From Sminthopsis crassicaudata (Eukaryota), in assembly GCF_048593235.1 (NCBI RefSeq), contig NC_133620.1, positions 22,161,728 to 22,199,122 on the forward strand: a DNA stretch of 37,395 bases. The letters run 5' to 3'. Below are positions 1 through 11,295 of the stretch, piece by piece. Made by a program: the position numbers and the translations under genes. Below the pieces are notes generated by a model. That model ran no database searches. It saw only the letters and a program-made list of their open reading frames with translations, and had not been told where the DNA came from. Numbering within the stretch: the first letter of the stretch is position 1; each line of letters begins with the position of its first letter.

Positions 1-726
1 TCTCTATGCTGGGCTCCATTCCATTCTTGATGAGGCCATTTTACAGAAAGAGAAACCGAGGCCAGCAGATGCCTCTTGTGCAATTAAGGGTAATAAGGGA
101 GCTGAATACGGCGTTTTAAGCCTGAGAGGGCTTTGTGCCTTCTTGGGGGAGCCCTGTCATCAACAAAGCCCTGCAGGAGTGTCAGCTCTTGTGTGTGAGA
201 CAGATGGGAGGGCTTGAGCCCCAGGGCACAAAGGAGCCAGGCTGGGATTCACCTTCCCATTTCACAGATAATGAAACTGAGACCCAGATGGCCCACCGAC
301 GCTTGTCCCCCTAGAGAACGAAACCTGGCTGGTGGAGAGGAGAATTACTGCAGCCCCCGACCTCAAGGACATAACCGCCCAGTTGTGAAGCGATAATAGA
401 GCACAAGCCCAGCAGACGCTTGAGATGGTAAGGATGGAGGGTTTCCGTTCTGGGCCCCAGAGCTTTTAATTTGGCCAAAAGAAGAGCAACCGATACTGTC
501 TTGGTTTGCCTCGCTGAAAGACAGAGGAAGCAATGAAGGGAATGGGGCTGTACGCTGAGCTACGGCAGCTGAGAGCACCAAGAAAAAGAGGCAGATGGAA
601 AGGACCTCGTCCTCGGGCCCAGGCCCAAAAATGATGTCCCAGCCTGTGGAAAGCATCGATTCTTGGGACTGCTGGCCACTTGCTCATCATCTCAGTTACT
701 TCATATGTTCCTCTCATTCTTTTGGA

Positions 727-1085
727 AAATAAATTTTTATTTTGTTTAGTATTTCCCAATTATTTTTTTGAATTTCACATTCATTTTTAGACTTTTAAGT
801 TCCAAATTCTTTCCCTCCTTCCAGCCCCTCTTCCATTCCTTGATTCGGAAAGCAATCTGACATCAGTTATACATGTGAACTCGTGCAACACATTTCTGTA
901 TTAGCTGGGATGCAAAAGAAAACATGGAAACAAAAAAAAAATTTAAGTTAGAAAAGGACTGCTTAATCCGTACTCAGAGTTTCTCTGTTAGCTCACATCT
1001 TTTCTCTTCATCCTCAAGAATATTGGAAGAGACTTTGTCAGACTCTGCCAAAATCTGAGACCTGTATAATCCTTAATATTCTTCT
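727..1085 (-). mobile_element. Old marsupial L1 3'-end fragment
   Basis: T-rich start followed by 'aagttccaaattctttccctcc...gttatacatgtg...catttctgtattag'; the same motif recurs at about 23.7 kb and 24.8 kb. Confidence 0.65.
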
Positions 1086-1344
1086 AACCCAGCAGTTTAG
1101 TTAAAAAAGGGAATGGGAGTATTCTGCGGAAGAGAAGGGATACTCTGAGGGCTCCCTCCCCCCGACCCGCTGGGCTAGGACCATGGCAGCCAATTTTAGC
1201 AAGGGAACCTCGCCCGGGACCAGCCCTCTGCTCCCCACACTTCCAGAAGCCCTTGTGGGGAGCCTGGGCCAGCACACGGAAGGGGGGAAGGGAGGACCCT
1301 GTTCCTGTTGAAGCCAGATGGCTCTTTTGAAATCACTGCTCATT

Positions 1345-1470
1345 TATTCACTTATTCATTCAGCAAACATTTATTAAATTCCTGCTGTATGCCAGGCACT
1401 ATGCTGGGTGTTGGGAACGCAAAGACAAAAGGGAAATAGCTCCTGTCCTCAGGGAGCTTGCAGTCCTCTG
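1345..1470 (-). mobile_element. L2 3'-end fragment
   Basis: 'ttcattcagcaaacatttattaaattcctgctgtatgccaggcactatgctggg...ctcagggagcttgcagtc' is the typical L2 tail. Confidence 0.75.
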
Positions 1471-1940
1471 GGAGGAAATAGCGACTTCCAAAGGAGTAGC
1501 TGCAGTCTACAAAGCAAGGGCTCCCTTTTCCAGAGTCACAAAGCAGCTTGCTAATCTCCTCTGAGCCACAGCCAGCTCCTTGGACTGGTTGATGGACTCC
1601 GTTCTCTTCCCCTTCCTTGGGAGGACTGCGACATTGGTGCTCCTGCGGCCTCTTGCCTCCTCCCGTCACCCCTTCTGAGACCACTGATGGGGGCTCACCC
1701 TCCCGTCCACAAATCCATCCCTGTGCTTCTGGGTCTGGTGAATTGAATGCATCACGAGCGAGTCCCTCTTTTTTTACTTGGTAAATTTCTATTGGACAAA
1801 GTAAAAGAAAAAAAAGAGAGCACATAGGCCATAATGAGGATATTCTCCCTGAAAACAGCTTATTGGAGGAGCTTAAAAGTACTGCAGCTTCTGGTTCATA
1901 CAGCCTTGCCATTTGTTAAAGAAGGAAGGAAGAAGCAGCC

Positions 1941-2194
1941 GGGGACACCACAGTGCCCAGAATGCCAGGCCTGGAATCAGAAGCATCCGTCTCCCTGAGT
2001 TCAAATCCAGCCTCAGACACCCCCGCTGGGTGACTCTGGGTAGGTCACAAACTTCACTCAGTCTGCCTCAGTTTCCTCATCTGTAAAATGAGCTAGAGAA
2101 GGAAAGGGCAAAGCCCTCCCGTGTCTCTGCCAAGCAGACCCCCAATGGGGGCAGGGAGAGTTGGAGGCAACTCAGAAATGGCTGAACAACAACA
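1941..2194 (+). mobile_element. MAR1/MIR-family CORE-SINE
   Basis: tRNA-like head, 'gagttcaaatccagcctcagacac', core 'gcctcagtttcctcatctgtaaaatg' and (aac)n tail. Confidence 0.85.
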
Positions 2195-2835
2195 TAAAGC
2201 AACATTTCCAGAGGCAACGAGAGGTCAGCGGGACCCCGGATCAGAAGCCACCTGTGACTCTTAGCAGCTGCCTGACCCAAAGCTACCCCTTGCTCTCCTA
2301 AGGTGCTCATGGTATCATCAGGGGCTGTGGAACTACACAAAGCGCACCTCCCTCTTTCTTGCAGTCGTTGCAGTCAGGGTGCACCGGGTAACTTTGGCAT
2401 CGCCTGGGTGCCCGACCCAGCTCTGGTGCAGCGCCTGCTTCAGCACCTTTGTGGCCACTGAAATTGCTCCCCCCACCCATTCCACGGGGATGTCTTCTCG
2501 GGCTTGGGGGAGACACCCCCCAAATCACTCTGAGGCGTCTGCCCACGGAGAGCTCTGGGGGTCCGGGCTCTCCCAGGCCCCCTTGAGGTCAGGCACGCAG
2601 CTGCCCCAGAAGTGGCAGAGAAGGTGGAGGCGGTGATCTCTGTGGGTGGAGGGGGCTTCCTCCCTAGAAGCCCCCACTAGGGGCCTCACCACAGTTGGGG
2701 AGGCCCGTGGCCCCAGGCCGGCACTTACTCACTCACAAGTGTTCATCTTTTGTTACTTGGAACTGAACCATAGATGGGTAAGTGGCTCTTTCAGGCCTTG
2801 TTCGGCCTCAAACCCAGCCAGCTCTCTCTCCACAG

Positions 2836-2942
2836 GAACGCTACCACGTTCTGGACCACCACGGGGATGTTCCCTCAGGAGTTCATCATTTGTTTTCACA
2901 AACATGTGAAGATTGAAAGGCTCTTCCTCCAGTGCTATTTTG
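2836..2942 (+). CDS. IFT25: IFT25/HSPB11 internal coding exon (first one recognisable in the window; gene is 5'-partial)
   Basis: Acceptor ctctccacAG at 2834-2835 and donor Gtgagg at 2943. Encodes (G)NATTFWTTTGMFPQEFIICFHKHVKIERLFLQCYF, matching recalled human IFT25 NPETFWTTTGMFPQEFIICFHKHVRIERLVIQSYF. 107 nt. Confidence 0.96.
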
Positions 2943-3724
2943 GTGAGGGACCAGGGCCCTGTCTGCCGTGGGGCAGGGGGAGCTCCATGGAGGGGACCCA
3001 GGCTGAATGGGGCCTCTGTCCGGGAACGCCGAGCACCCTCACTCTGTGGAGGCGCAGGGATGGCAAAGAACATGACTAGAACCTGGGAGCCCATCCACCC
3101 GAGCGCTGAATTTCAGAGCTTTTTACTGTGGATTCACCTGCCGTCAGCACCAAATTCCGGGTTAAAGTCGAGAGGCCCCCTCATTTACTCTGGATTGTTC
3201 CGGCCTCTACGGCCACCCTTTGTTCTCCTGGGGGCCCCTTCGAGCCCAAAAGGAACAGGGTCAATAGGGTTCCCTTGGGCTGTTGCCATTGGGTGGAAGG
3301 GAAAGGCTGGGATCCCATGTCGTCCCTTGTTCCAGCTGTCTCTGCCCTGGGGGTGGAGGCAAGGAGTCCCTCTGGGCCAAAGGGCGCCTCACAGAAGTCC
3401 CCTAGGGGGCAGGAAGGTGCCTTCTGGAGGACGGCTGGACGTGGGGGAACGTCCCTAAGCTCAGTTTGGAAGCCGTGAAGTCGGCTTCCAGGGGCAGAGC
3501 CCAGAGACATCAGAAAGTGGGTGTCTAGAGAGCTGTCCCCCTATGTGGAGTCAGGGAGATTATCGAGGGGTCCTGTGAGGTGAGAACTCCCTTGAGGGGC
3601 CTCTTCCATCTCCATCCCCGGCCTAGCTTTGCGGGACACCTCCAGGGTTATGGGGATCCTGCTCCAGCACCACCCTGCCCCTCCAAGGCAGGATTTCTGT
3701 TGTCTTCACTTCCTCCCAAGTTGA

Positions 3725-3865
3725 GTTTGGGTTTTTCAGAAATGGGTTTTTTTCATTAAAGCTTTTTATTTTCAAAACATCTGCACAGATAATGTTCCAC
3801 ATTCACCCTGCCAAACCTCATGTTCCAGATTTTCCCCTCCCTTCCCCCTCCCCTCGATGGCAAGA
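3725..3865 (-). mobile_element. Short L1 3'-end fragment (dasyurid-type)
   Basis: 'ttttttcattaaagctttttattttcaaaacat...cccctcgatggcaag'; similar to the start of the L1 at about 32.59 kb. Confidence 0.6.
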
Positions 3866-4339
3866 AATGCTTCCCTAGTATTTATTTCCCAGAGCCCGGA
3901 ACTCCTAATTCGAGGGGCTCAGAACCTCCTTTGGCCCCAAAGCTGGCACACGCCTCTGCCCCGGGCTGGGCCCCCACAGGGTGCTAGCCGCCCCCTCGGA
4001 GGACCGGAAGCAGGGTCTGCCCCTCCACTGGCCAGCTTTACCTTCCACCAAAGGTGGCCCAGGGAGTAGCACTAACCAGTGAACCTCTGCACCCCGGGCC
4101 TGCTTCCCTGATCTCTCTGTTGCCGAGACTTAGAGAAGCGCGTGGGGAGGGCTATGCCCTGGCCGCATCCCCCCTCAGAGTGGCCCGCAGGAGGGAGGCC
4201 GCCCAGGCTGTCAGTCAGAGCGCAGAGGGCCAGCGTGGGGTCTGCTGGGGCTCAGGGCTGGACCTTCGAACCTGGGGGTTGTCCCAATTGGGCGTGAAGC
4301 CCCAGAGCGCTGATAGCGCCTCCCTCTCTCTTTATACAG

Positions 4340-4408
4340 TGCGGGGCATTCGGATCGAGAAGAGCAACGCCAAAGAGCCCGTGGACTTTGAGCGATGGGT
4401 GGAAAGAG
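4340..4408 (+). CDS. IFT25: IFT25/HSPB11 coding exon
   Basis: Acceptor tttatacAG, donor GTaaga. Encodes VRGIRIEKSNAKEPVDFERWVER vs human VQTLKIEKSTSKEPVDFEQWIEK. Phases match the flanking exons. Confidence 0.95.
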
Positions 4409-4609
4409 GTAAGAGCGAAATGCCCCTGCACCCCCAGGCTGGGGGGGTTCGGACCTCCACCGAGGATGAGGCAAGGGAAGCAGGAGCCAGAATTAGCGGG
4501 CCTGCTGCTAGTTTCTTCCTCAGCTGGACAATGAGGGAGCCGATAACGGCCCATTGGACTCCAAGGATGCTCTCTGTCCTTCTGTCCTTCTGGGCAGTTC
4601 TGGCATTTA

Positions 4610-4745
4610 GGTTCTAAGCTCCCCCTCACCTCTGCCCCGGTTCTGACATTCTGTTCTGAGACGATTCCCCACTCCAACACTCACTCCCAGCTCTGACATC
4701 ACCTGTTCTGAGGCTGCCCCAGTCCTGACCTCCCCTGTTCTAGAA
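4610..4745 (-). repeat. Degenerate ~30-bp tandem repeat (gttctga/ctctgaca motifs)
   Basis: Recurrent 'tctgacat..ctgttct' units; reverse complement of the repeat family at 21345-21630. Confidence 0.5.
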
Positions 4746-5209
4746 ATGCCCAGAAGTTCCTTGAGTAGCATGTTTAAGGGGCTGGTTTTTATGCAGGAAT
4801 CCGTCTATTTGCTATGTTGAATTATCACCTCCAAATTATGCTTTTAAAATTATCCAAGTGAAGTTTTAATAAGTCCTAAGGAAGAGAGATCAGAAAAGGT
4901 TGCAGGCAGCGGGATGCCCAAAGCAGGCGTGGTCAGCAGGACAAGGGACCTGTGGGAGCAGCTCTGGACCCTCGGGGCCCCCCTCGCTGGGGGGAGACTT
5001 TTCATCTGGGTTCATCATTTGGCCATAGAAGTCACTTTGTGGTGACAGGCCCCTGGGTCCTTAGCTCACGGAAACGTTACAGAAATGAAGGAGACAGAGG
5101 GAGGCGGGCTTCAGTTCTGGGCTCCAGGCGGCGGACTCCTTGTGACCTAGGATGACCTCCATCACCAAGGGGCCAGCTCGTTAAGTCTGCTGTTGCATTT
5201 CTCTTGTAG

Positions 5210-5253
5210 ACCTGGTGCTCACAGAGGGCCAGCTGCAGATGGAAGAGTTTATG
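5210..5253 (+). CDS. IFT25: IFT25/HSPB11 coding exon (44 nt)
   Basis: Acceptor ctcttgtAG, donor GTaagt. Encodes DLVLTEGQLQMEEFM vs human DLVHTEGQLQNEEIV. Confidence 0.95.
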
Positions 5254-5652
5254 GTAAGTGTGAGCGGGGCCCGGGCCCTTTGGAAGTCGCCCATCCCAGC
5301 CCTGGGAAGCCCACCTAGAGCCGGGAGAGGGGAGGGTAGCGTGTTTGGGGCATCACTGCCCATGTCAGGACCATGATCAGAAAAGGTGCTGGTGTGTCCC
5401 GGGACATCGTGGTTTCCTGGTGGAGATCATTCCTACTTCTGTGGGGCTTTTCTCCCAGAGACTCCAGGGGCTCTCCTTGTAATGGAGTCCTGGCGTGGCA
5501 CTGTGCCATAGCATTGGGTCTGTGGGAGGGGCTGCCCCTGTCACCAGGCTGGCGCTGAGAGGGCACCCCTGGCCCCTGCCTCCCCAGCAGGGCCTTTAAA
5601 TTAAAGGGACACCCCGCGCCAGGGATTCCCAGAGCTTGCTTCTCTCCCACAG

Positions 5653-5766
5653 TTCCGGGACGGCTACGCGACCCACTTGCGGTTCATCATCAAATCCGGC
5701 TTCGACCACTTTGTGTCTGTGCACAAAGTTAACATAGAAGGAATCAGCGTCTCGTCCCTCACCTAA
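5653..5766 (+). CDS. IFT25: IFT25/HSPB11 last coding exon
   Basis: Acceptor ctcccacAG. Encodes FRDGYATHLRFIIKSGFDHFVSVHKVNIEGISVSSLT followed by TAA, vs human AHDGSATYLRFIIVSAFDHFASVHSVSAEGTVVSNLSS. Confidence 0.95.
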   Translation, partial: FRDGYATHLRFIIKSGFDHFVSVHKVNIEGISVSSLT

Positions 5767-5836
5767 GGATTCCTGAAACCGGCTTGTGGGGGGTTTTGTA
5801 CCATTTGTGTAAATACTCGGTAATCTCGATAAGTTT

Positions 5837-5842
5837 ATTAAA
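5837..5842 (+). terminator. Likely IFT25 polyadenylation signal (ATTAAA)
   Basis: ATTAAA 71 nt after the stop codon, followed by GT-rich sequence (gtgtttgg). Confidence 0.55.
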
Positions 5843-6560
5843 AGTGTTTGGATTCACATGGGGGTCTCTGCATTTTATCCCCATCACCCGCCAGATTCAC
5901 CTTTAGCAGCTACTTGTTTGTGTCTGCGCCGTGTCCAAGGCCTGGGTGGTCCAGAGATCTAGGACGGAAGCAATAGGACCGAGTTTCAACTGTAAGCTGT
6001 AAGTGTAGCCTTCTTCTCCAACTTGGTCATTTTATTGATGAGGAAACTGAGTCAGAGAACCATGGAAGTGACCAGCCCACCCAAAGGTGGTCGGTGACCG
6101 GCACGGGACGGACGGTTATGATGTAAGAGGAGCCGCCATACCTGCTGTTGCTACCTGTGCCCTCCCTGGGCCGCCTCTCATGCTCCGGGCCCCTTGAGAT
6201 AGAATGTTTATTGACAACTTCTGTAGGCAGACAGAAGAGAAGTGAGTTGTGTGGAGTCACGGAGCTAGTAAGTGTCAGAGGCTGGATTTGAACTCAGGTT
6301 TTCTTAACTCCAGACCCAGCACTCTATTCAGCTGTTACAACCCAAGGAGTCGGAAATGCTCTTTGGAACAAAGTTTTAAAAGCATAATCTCTCCCTTCAT
6401 CCCTAATTAGTCACAGAAAGCCCAAGCAGCTCAACTGCATAACCATTAGACAGGCCTTTGTCCCATGTATAACAAAAGCAAGCAACTTTTGAGCCACTTT
6501 GGAGTGGGGCTGGGAACTAGCAGTAGAGGATTCCAGAGGATTTACCTGGGGTTGGAGGGT

Positions 6561-6695
6561 NNNNNNNNNNNNNNNNNNNNNNNNNNNNNNNNNNNNNNNN
6601 NNNNNNNNNNNNNNNNNNNNNNNNNNNNNNNNNNNNNNNNNNNNNNNNNNNNNNNNNNNNNNNNNNNNNNNNNNNNNNNNNNNNNNNNNNNNNNN
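6561..6695. other. Assembly gap
   Basis: Run of N. Confidence 1.
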
Positions 6696-7419
6696 GTCTC
6701 TCATCCTTCCCTACATTGATAATACAAAGTTTGAGTCCCCTTTCCCAGGGACCTTGTGATTTAAGGGGAGATTGAACCTTCAGCTTGGGGTGAGGGATGT
6801 ATCTATAACAATTGTCCTGCCTACATTAATTTAATAAATGCCTTTCTAACAGCTAATTGAATCTGGTTAGTAAGCAACAGGGAGCACGCTGGTCCAGGAT
6901 TGGGGACGATGATTTCCCCTAGAAATCTGAGAGGAGGAGGAGTCACCTGCCATCTGGGGATGAGGCAAGTCCATTTGAGTAGATACTGGGGAAAAGAAAG
7001 GGGCGAGGTGGGGGTTGGAGGGCGTTACTCAAGATGTGCACTGGTTAGAAGTTGGCCACAGCTGCTGGGCAGCCGTCGCAGGCCCCAGGAGGCCTCTGGC
7101 GTTTGACATACCCTGGTTGTATCATCCTGGCCAAGTCCCTTACCTTCCAGGGTTCACTCCCTAAGACTGTAAGGTGAAGAGAAGGAGCTGTCCAGCATGG
7201 CTAGCACATGTATCCTCATTGAGTTCTCTGTACCAAAGAAATCCCCAATCCGGCTCCATCACTAAACCTTTGCATGGCTCAGCCCCTGAAGATTGCTCCC
7301 TAGTGTTCAGGGACCACGCCCAGTGTGAAAAGATGCTTTTCTAGCCTAGAGCTTCCAGAATCCACTCCAGAACACAATCATTTGCCTACTAATATTCACA
7401 TCAGCGCACTGGTATTAAC

Positions 7420-7932
7420 ACATCCTGTGTGTGACGGTCAGCTATGAAAGGCTTGGTTCTTCTCAGCGTTCAGTGCTCCCAAGAGACTGTGGACAGAAAA
7501 CGCCATCTGTATAATGTCCGGGGGAGCTTTCTGGAGGTCCTTGGGATGGGCCGTGGTTTCAGCAGGAAAAACACCACGAGGATGGTCAGGAACAGAGTCT
7601 AGAGTCTTTAAAGTCTCCTTCACAGTCTGTCTGTCATAGTCTGGCCCAGTCTTGATCTTAGTGCAGGAAGCAGGAGGCAGGAGAGCCATCAGGAGGATGG
7701 TCAAAGAGGGAGTGTCTCATTTCCAGTCCTTCTCAGGCCTTATATACCTTAGTACAATGACATCATTACAGCAAACTGAGCATGTGCACACTAGAGAACC
7801 ATGACATCATCATGCTAAGCACTAAGTATATTGGAACTAGAGAACCATCATCTCATCAATCCCACCGAGTTAACACCTTGTTGTAAGTATCCTTGTTTCA
7901 AGGAGACCTCTCCAGAGCTCCGGCCCTCTACA
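7420..7932 (-). mobile_element. Solo ERV LTR (left boundary approximate)
   Basis: Begins TGTAGAGGG on the - strand at 7932, with TATATAA at 7746-7740. 7643-7932 is clearly homologous to 33866-34875. Confidence 0.75.
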
Positions 7933-8989
7933 CAGCTGCATCCAGAGAAAGAACTGAGAAGACCAAATGTAAAGCAACAGCTGCTATGTTCACGTCATAT
8001 GTCTGTTTTTATTTTCTCTCCCACAGTTTTTCCCTTTTGATCTGATTTTTCTCCCTACATGAGTCATACAGCAATATGTATTGATAATAAATAACCACGT
8101 TCTAGCCATATGCCCTGGAGGGCTGAAGGACTTCTGGCTGGAGTTCCACATCCTCACCCTGGTGGGCTCTCCAGATCTAGGGAGGATGTCCCAAGGTCCT
8201 GATGCTTTATCTTCATTCAGTTTAAATTTCTCAAACTTTTAAGTGTCTCCCCTTTGCAAGACCCTATAAGTGGTCCTGGGAACCATAAAAACCTACAATT
8301 TCTGACCTCAACGAGCTCATAATCTTATAAGAGACACGCAAATCAACTTGATAAAAGATGGATTGTCAGGGAAAAATGCTTTCTAGGCAGAGAGCTCACT
8401 ATTATTGGGGTGGGGAGGAAAGTGTCAGAAGGAAGATGGCACCTGGACAGGACTTTGAAGGAAGAGGAGCATTTCAGTGAGCAGAGAAGTGACCAATGGC
8501 CAAGAGGGTTCCTCATGAGGCGAGCTATGTGCTGACTAGCTGTCTGGTTTGGCTGGGACATACAAGAAGGAAAACAGAGTTAAATAAGGTTGGAACTGCA
8601 GTAGTTCTTTTATTATCTTGTGGGCCACAGGGAGCCACCTGAGGTGTTTGAGCAGTGCAGTAATGGGGTGCGACCCATGCATTAAGAAGCTTTTGAGACT
8701 TGAGTGAAGGCAGGACTGGTGAGAGAGGAGAGCGTAGGGACCAGGTTGGGAGACTGAGCGCACACCTTGGGGAAACAAAGTCACTCGCCTCTAGAATTCT
8801 TTTCCTGGCTGGCCCAGAGTCTGAGAACCCAGTATCTCCAACCAGCCCCTTTATTACTGGCGCCATCACCACCATTATTTCTGTATATCTGTGCCAATAA
8901 TCTCCATAATTGTTCTACCCACTATTCTTGTGACTGACTTCCCGTTCCAAAGCACCTTTCTCTATCCACTCTTCCCCTGCACAGATTAA

Positions 8990-9105
8990 GTGCCTCTGTT
9001 AGAATGTAAGCTCTCGGAGGGCAGAGACTATCTTCGCTCTTTTACTTATATCCTCAATACTTAGTACAATGTCTGGAATATATTAAGCGCTTAATAAATG
9101 CTTTT
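8990..9105 (+). mobile_element. L2 3'-end fragment (further L2 pieces at about 8300-8780)
   Basis: 'tagaatgtaagctctcggagggcagagac...gcgcttaataaatgc'. Confidence 0.75.
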
Positions 9106-9195
9106 TTTCCCAATCAGTCAATCATTTGTTCACTCATTCTCTCATTCACCATCTGTGAAAAAGAAAAGAAAAGACTGGGGGATCATTAGCTACTT

Positions 9196-9201
9196 TTTAA
9201 T
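9196..9201 (-). terminator. Likely DIO1 polyadenylation signal (ATTAAA)
   Basis: ATTAAA on the - strand about 45 nt 3' of the SECIS core; first such hexamer noticed after the SECIS. Confidence 0.6.
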
Positions 9202-9234
9202 CACTTCCATGTGTATTCCCTGCCTCTCACAAAC

Positions 9235-9297
9235 GTTTTCTCACATCAAGTCCCAGCTGGCCTGAGCTTTAGGCTGTGACTGTCACAAATAAATATT
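9235..9297 (-). promoter_or_regulatory. SECIS element of the DIO1 3'UTR (GUGA-type core)
   Basis: Minus strand reads ...AUUUAUUU-GUGAC-AGUCACAG-CCU-AAAGCUC-AGG-CCAG-CUGGGACU-UGAU-GUGAG. It has the UGAN/NGAN quartet, helix II and apical AAA, closely resembling recalled rat/human DIO1 SECIS sequences. Confidence 0.93.
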
Positions 9298-9580
9298 TGC
9301 AGAAGCAGGATTGATTCACACAGGAACCTGCTTAATGGATCCTGTTGTGGCTGGTCGGCATCCACTGCATGTGGTCATTAGGAGACTTTCAAAGATATCT
9401 GAAAAGCCGATTTTCTGAAATGAACTTAGGTGTAACTGAACAAGAAGCGGAACCGAGGCAGATGAGAATATTTGGAGCCAACGGTCCTAGTGGCTTCCAG
9501 CCGGGTGGGAATGATCTGTGTCTTGGGGAAGCAAGAAGCCTTCGCGTCTCTGCCATTGGCCATCCAGACTTTCCTGAGTT

Positions 9581-9649
9581 TTATCGCCTTAGCTTTTCCA
9601 GGACCTTGCGGACCTCTTCCGGGTTGTAACGCCACGGGCCTGGCTCACC
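9581..9649 (-). CDS. DIO1: DIO1 exon 4 coding part
   Basis: Acceptor ttctttttcAG. Encodes [22 protein letters not shown] followed by TAA, vs human [22 protein letters not shown]. Spliced CDS is 325+144+200+69=738 nt, i.e. 245 aa plus stop. Confidence 0.96.
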   Translation of the reverse strand, partial: GEPGPWRYNPEEVRKVLEKLRR

Positions 9650-10371
9650 CTGAAAAAGAACAAAAATCATCTCTGATGGGCATCAACTGCAGCATCAATT
9701 CTCCGTCCTTACAAAAGACGCATACTTGGAGTGGAAGGGACCTCTGGAGTGTCATGGGCCAGCCCCTTTCTGTTACAGGTGAGCAGACTAAGGCAGGGTA
9801 GAATCAACGGGCCTGAAGTCACATGAGAGATCGGAGGCAAAGCCAACCACAGGTGGGGCTCTCCGCTGCCAGGATCCTGTCCAGTCTGCAGGACTTTAGG
9901 GGTGAGCTACAGCTGCCCATGGAGGGTAATCCACCATGTTGGTTATAAAGGGGGCATTGGCCTGCTGTGGTGCTTCCCGGCTGCTCAGGACCAGGGGCTC
10001 ACTGGGTTTCAAAGCTAGAAGAGACTCAGGGGCAGCATGGGTCTCAAGCCAGTCGTCCTCATCCACACTCCCGAACCGCACATCCCGCCATCAGATCACG
10101 GGATCTCCGGGGAGAGCGCTGAATGAGAAGCCCTTGTGGCAAGTCTCCATGGAGTATTCGCTATTTATTGTGAGACCCCAAGCCAATCATTTAACTTCCT
10201 CCATGTGTAATTGTAACTGCAGGGACTTTCGGTGCAATAATGGACATAAAACAGTTTGCAACACTTTAAGCCCATTAGAAAAGTTTGTTATTATTAATCA
10301 CTTGCTTCAGTCAAGTCCTTGCTCTTCCTGACCCCATTTGTGGTTTTCTTGCTAAGTTTACAAGAATAGAA

Positions 10372-10548
10372 AAGCCATTTCCTTCTCTGGCTCATTTTAC
10401 AGATGAGGAAACTGAGTCAGACAGGGTGAAGTGACTTGCCCAAGATCACACAGCTAGAAAGTGTCTGAGGCTGGATTTGAACTCAGGAAGATGAGTCTTC
10501 CTGACTCCAGGCCTGGTGCTCTATTCACTGCTCCACTTCGCTGCCCCT
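10372..10548 (-). mobile_element. MAR1/MIR SINE
   Basis: 'cattttacagatgaggaaactgag...ggatttgaactcagg...ctgcccct'. Confidence 0.85.
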
Positions 10549-11295
10549 AGAAATGTTCAGCTGGCATCACACATTCCCTGACCCCTAAAATTGTACCCTC
10601 CTTCACATCCTTCTTGCAGGTGTGGGAAACTATTTCCTAACCGAGCAGCTGATAAACCCTTTGGGATATTAAGGGAGAGAATTTGGGCCACCGTTCCCCC
10701 ATCTTATATATAAGGAAAACCACAACAGCACAGCAGCATGGGAAGAACTCTGAGCTCGGAGTTAGGAAACTCAAGCCCAGACCCCAGCTCCCCCATTCCC
10801 TCTGTGACTGACCCTGGACATGCCCTTTACTCCACAGAGCCTCAGTTTCCTCAACTATAAAATGGGGATCATAATACTTTCTCTACCCACCCTTTTGTGG
10901 GCTCTCCGTTTCCCAGCCTGTCTCTGTGAATTTGATCCTAGAAGCATGGATTGTTTTATCTGTGGAGTCCTGAGAGGGATAGAGAGGGCAGAGGGATGGG
11001 GAAGTTCCTGTTGCTATTTATTTATTTGGTTGTCATAAGGTATTTATTTATTTGAAACAAAAATTCAAAATAGAAAAAGAAAAAAAAACATTGTCATACG
11101 CACAGCAGAACATGAGAGGATTCAAAATATGAAACAACAAATTTCCATTTCAAGAAAGCACACATAGTAAATAGTACACACTCTATTCAGAAATGTCCAT
11201 TTTAGTTTTTTATAGGTTTTCTTTTGTTCTCTGCTGTGCACTTTTTACTTTATTCTTTTTTCCCTTTCCTCCCCTGCACTTCCCCTAAGCAGACT

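Noticed and set aside
214-2636. GC-rich ORFs in the first 2.7 kb as coding exons, including the missing IFT25 N-terminus
   Set aside because: No similarity to MRKIDLCLSSEGSEVILATSSDEKHPPEN or to other known proteins; long ORFs are expected by chance in GC-rich introns.
2774-3079. 101-aa single-exon ORF
   Set aside because: Only 2836-2942 matches IFT25; the remainder is intron read-through.
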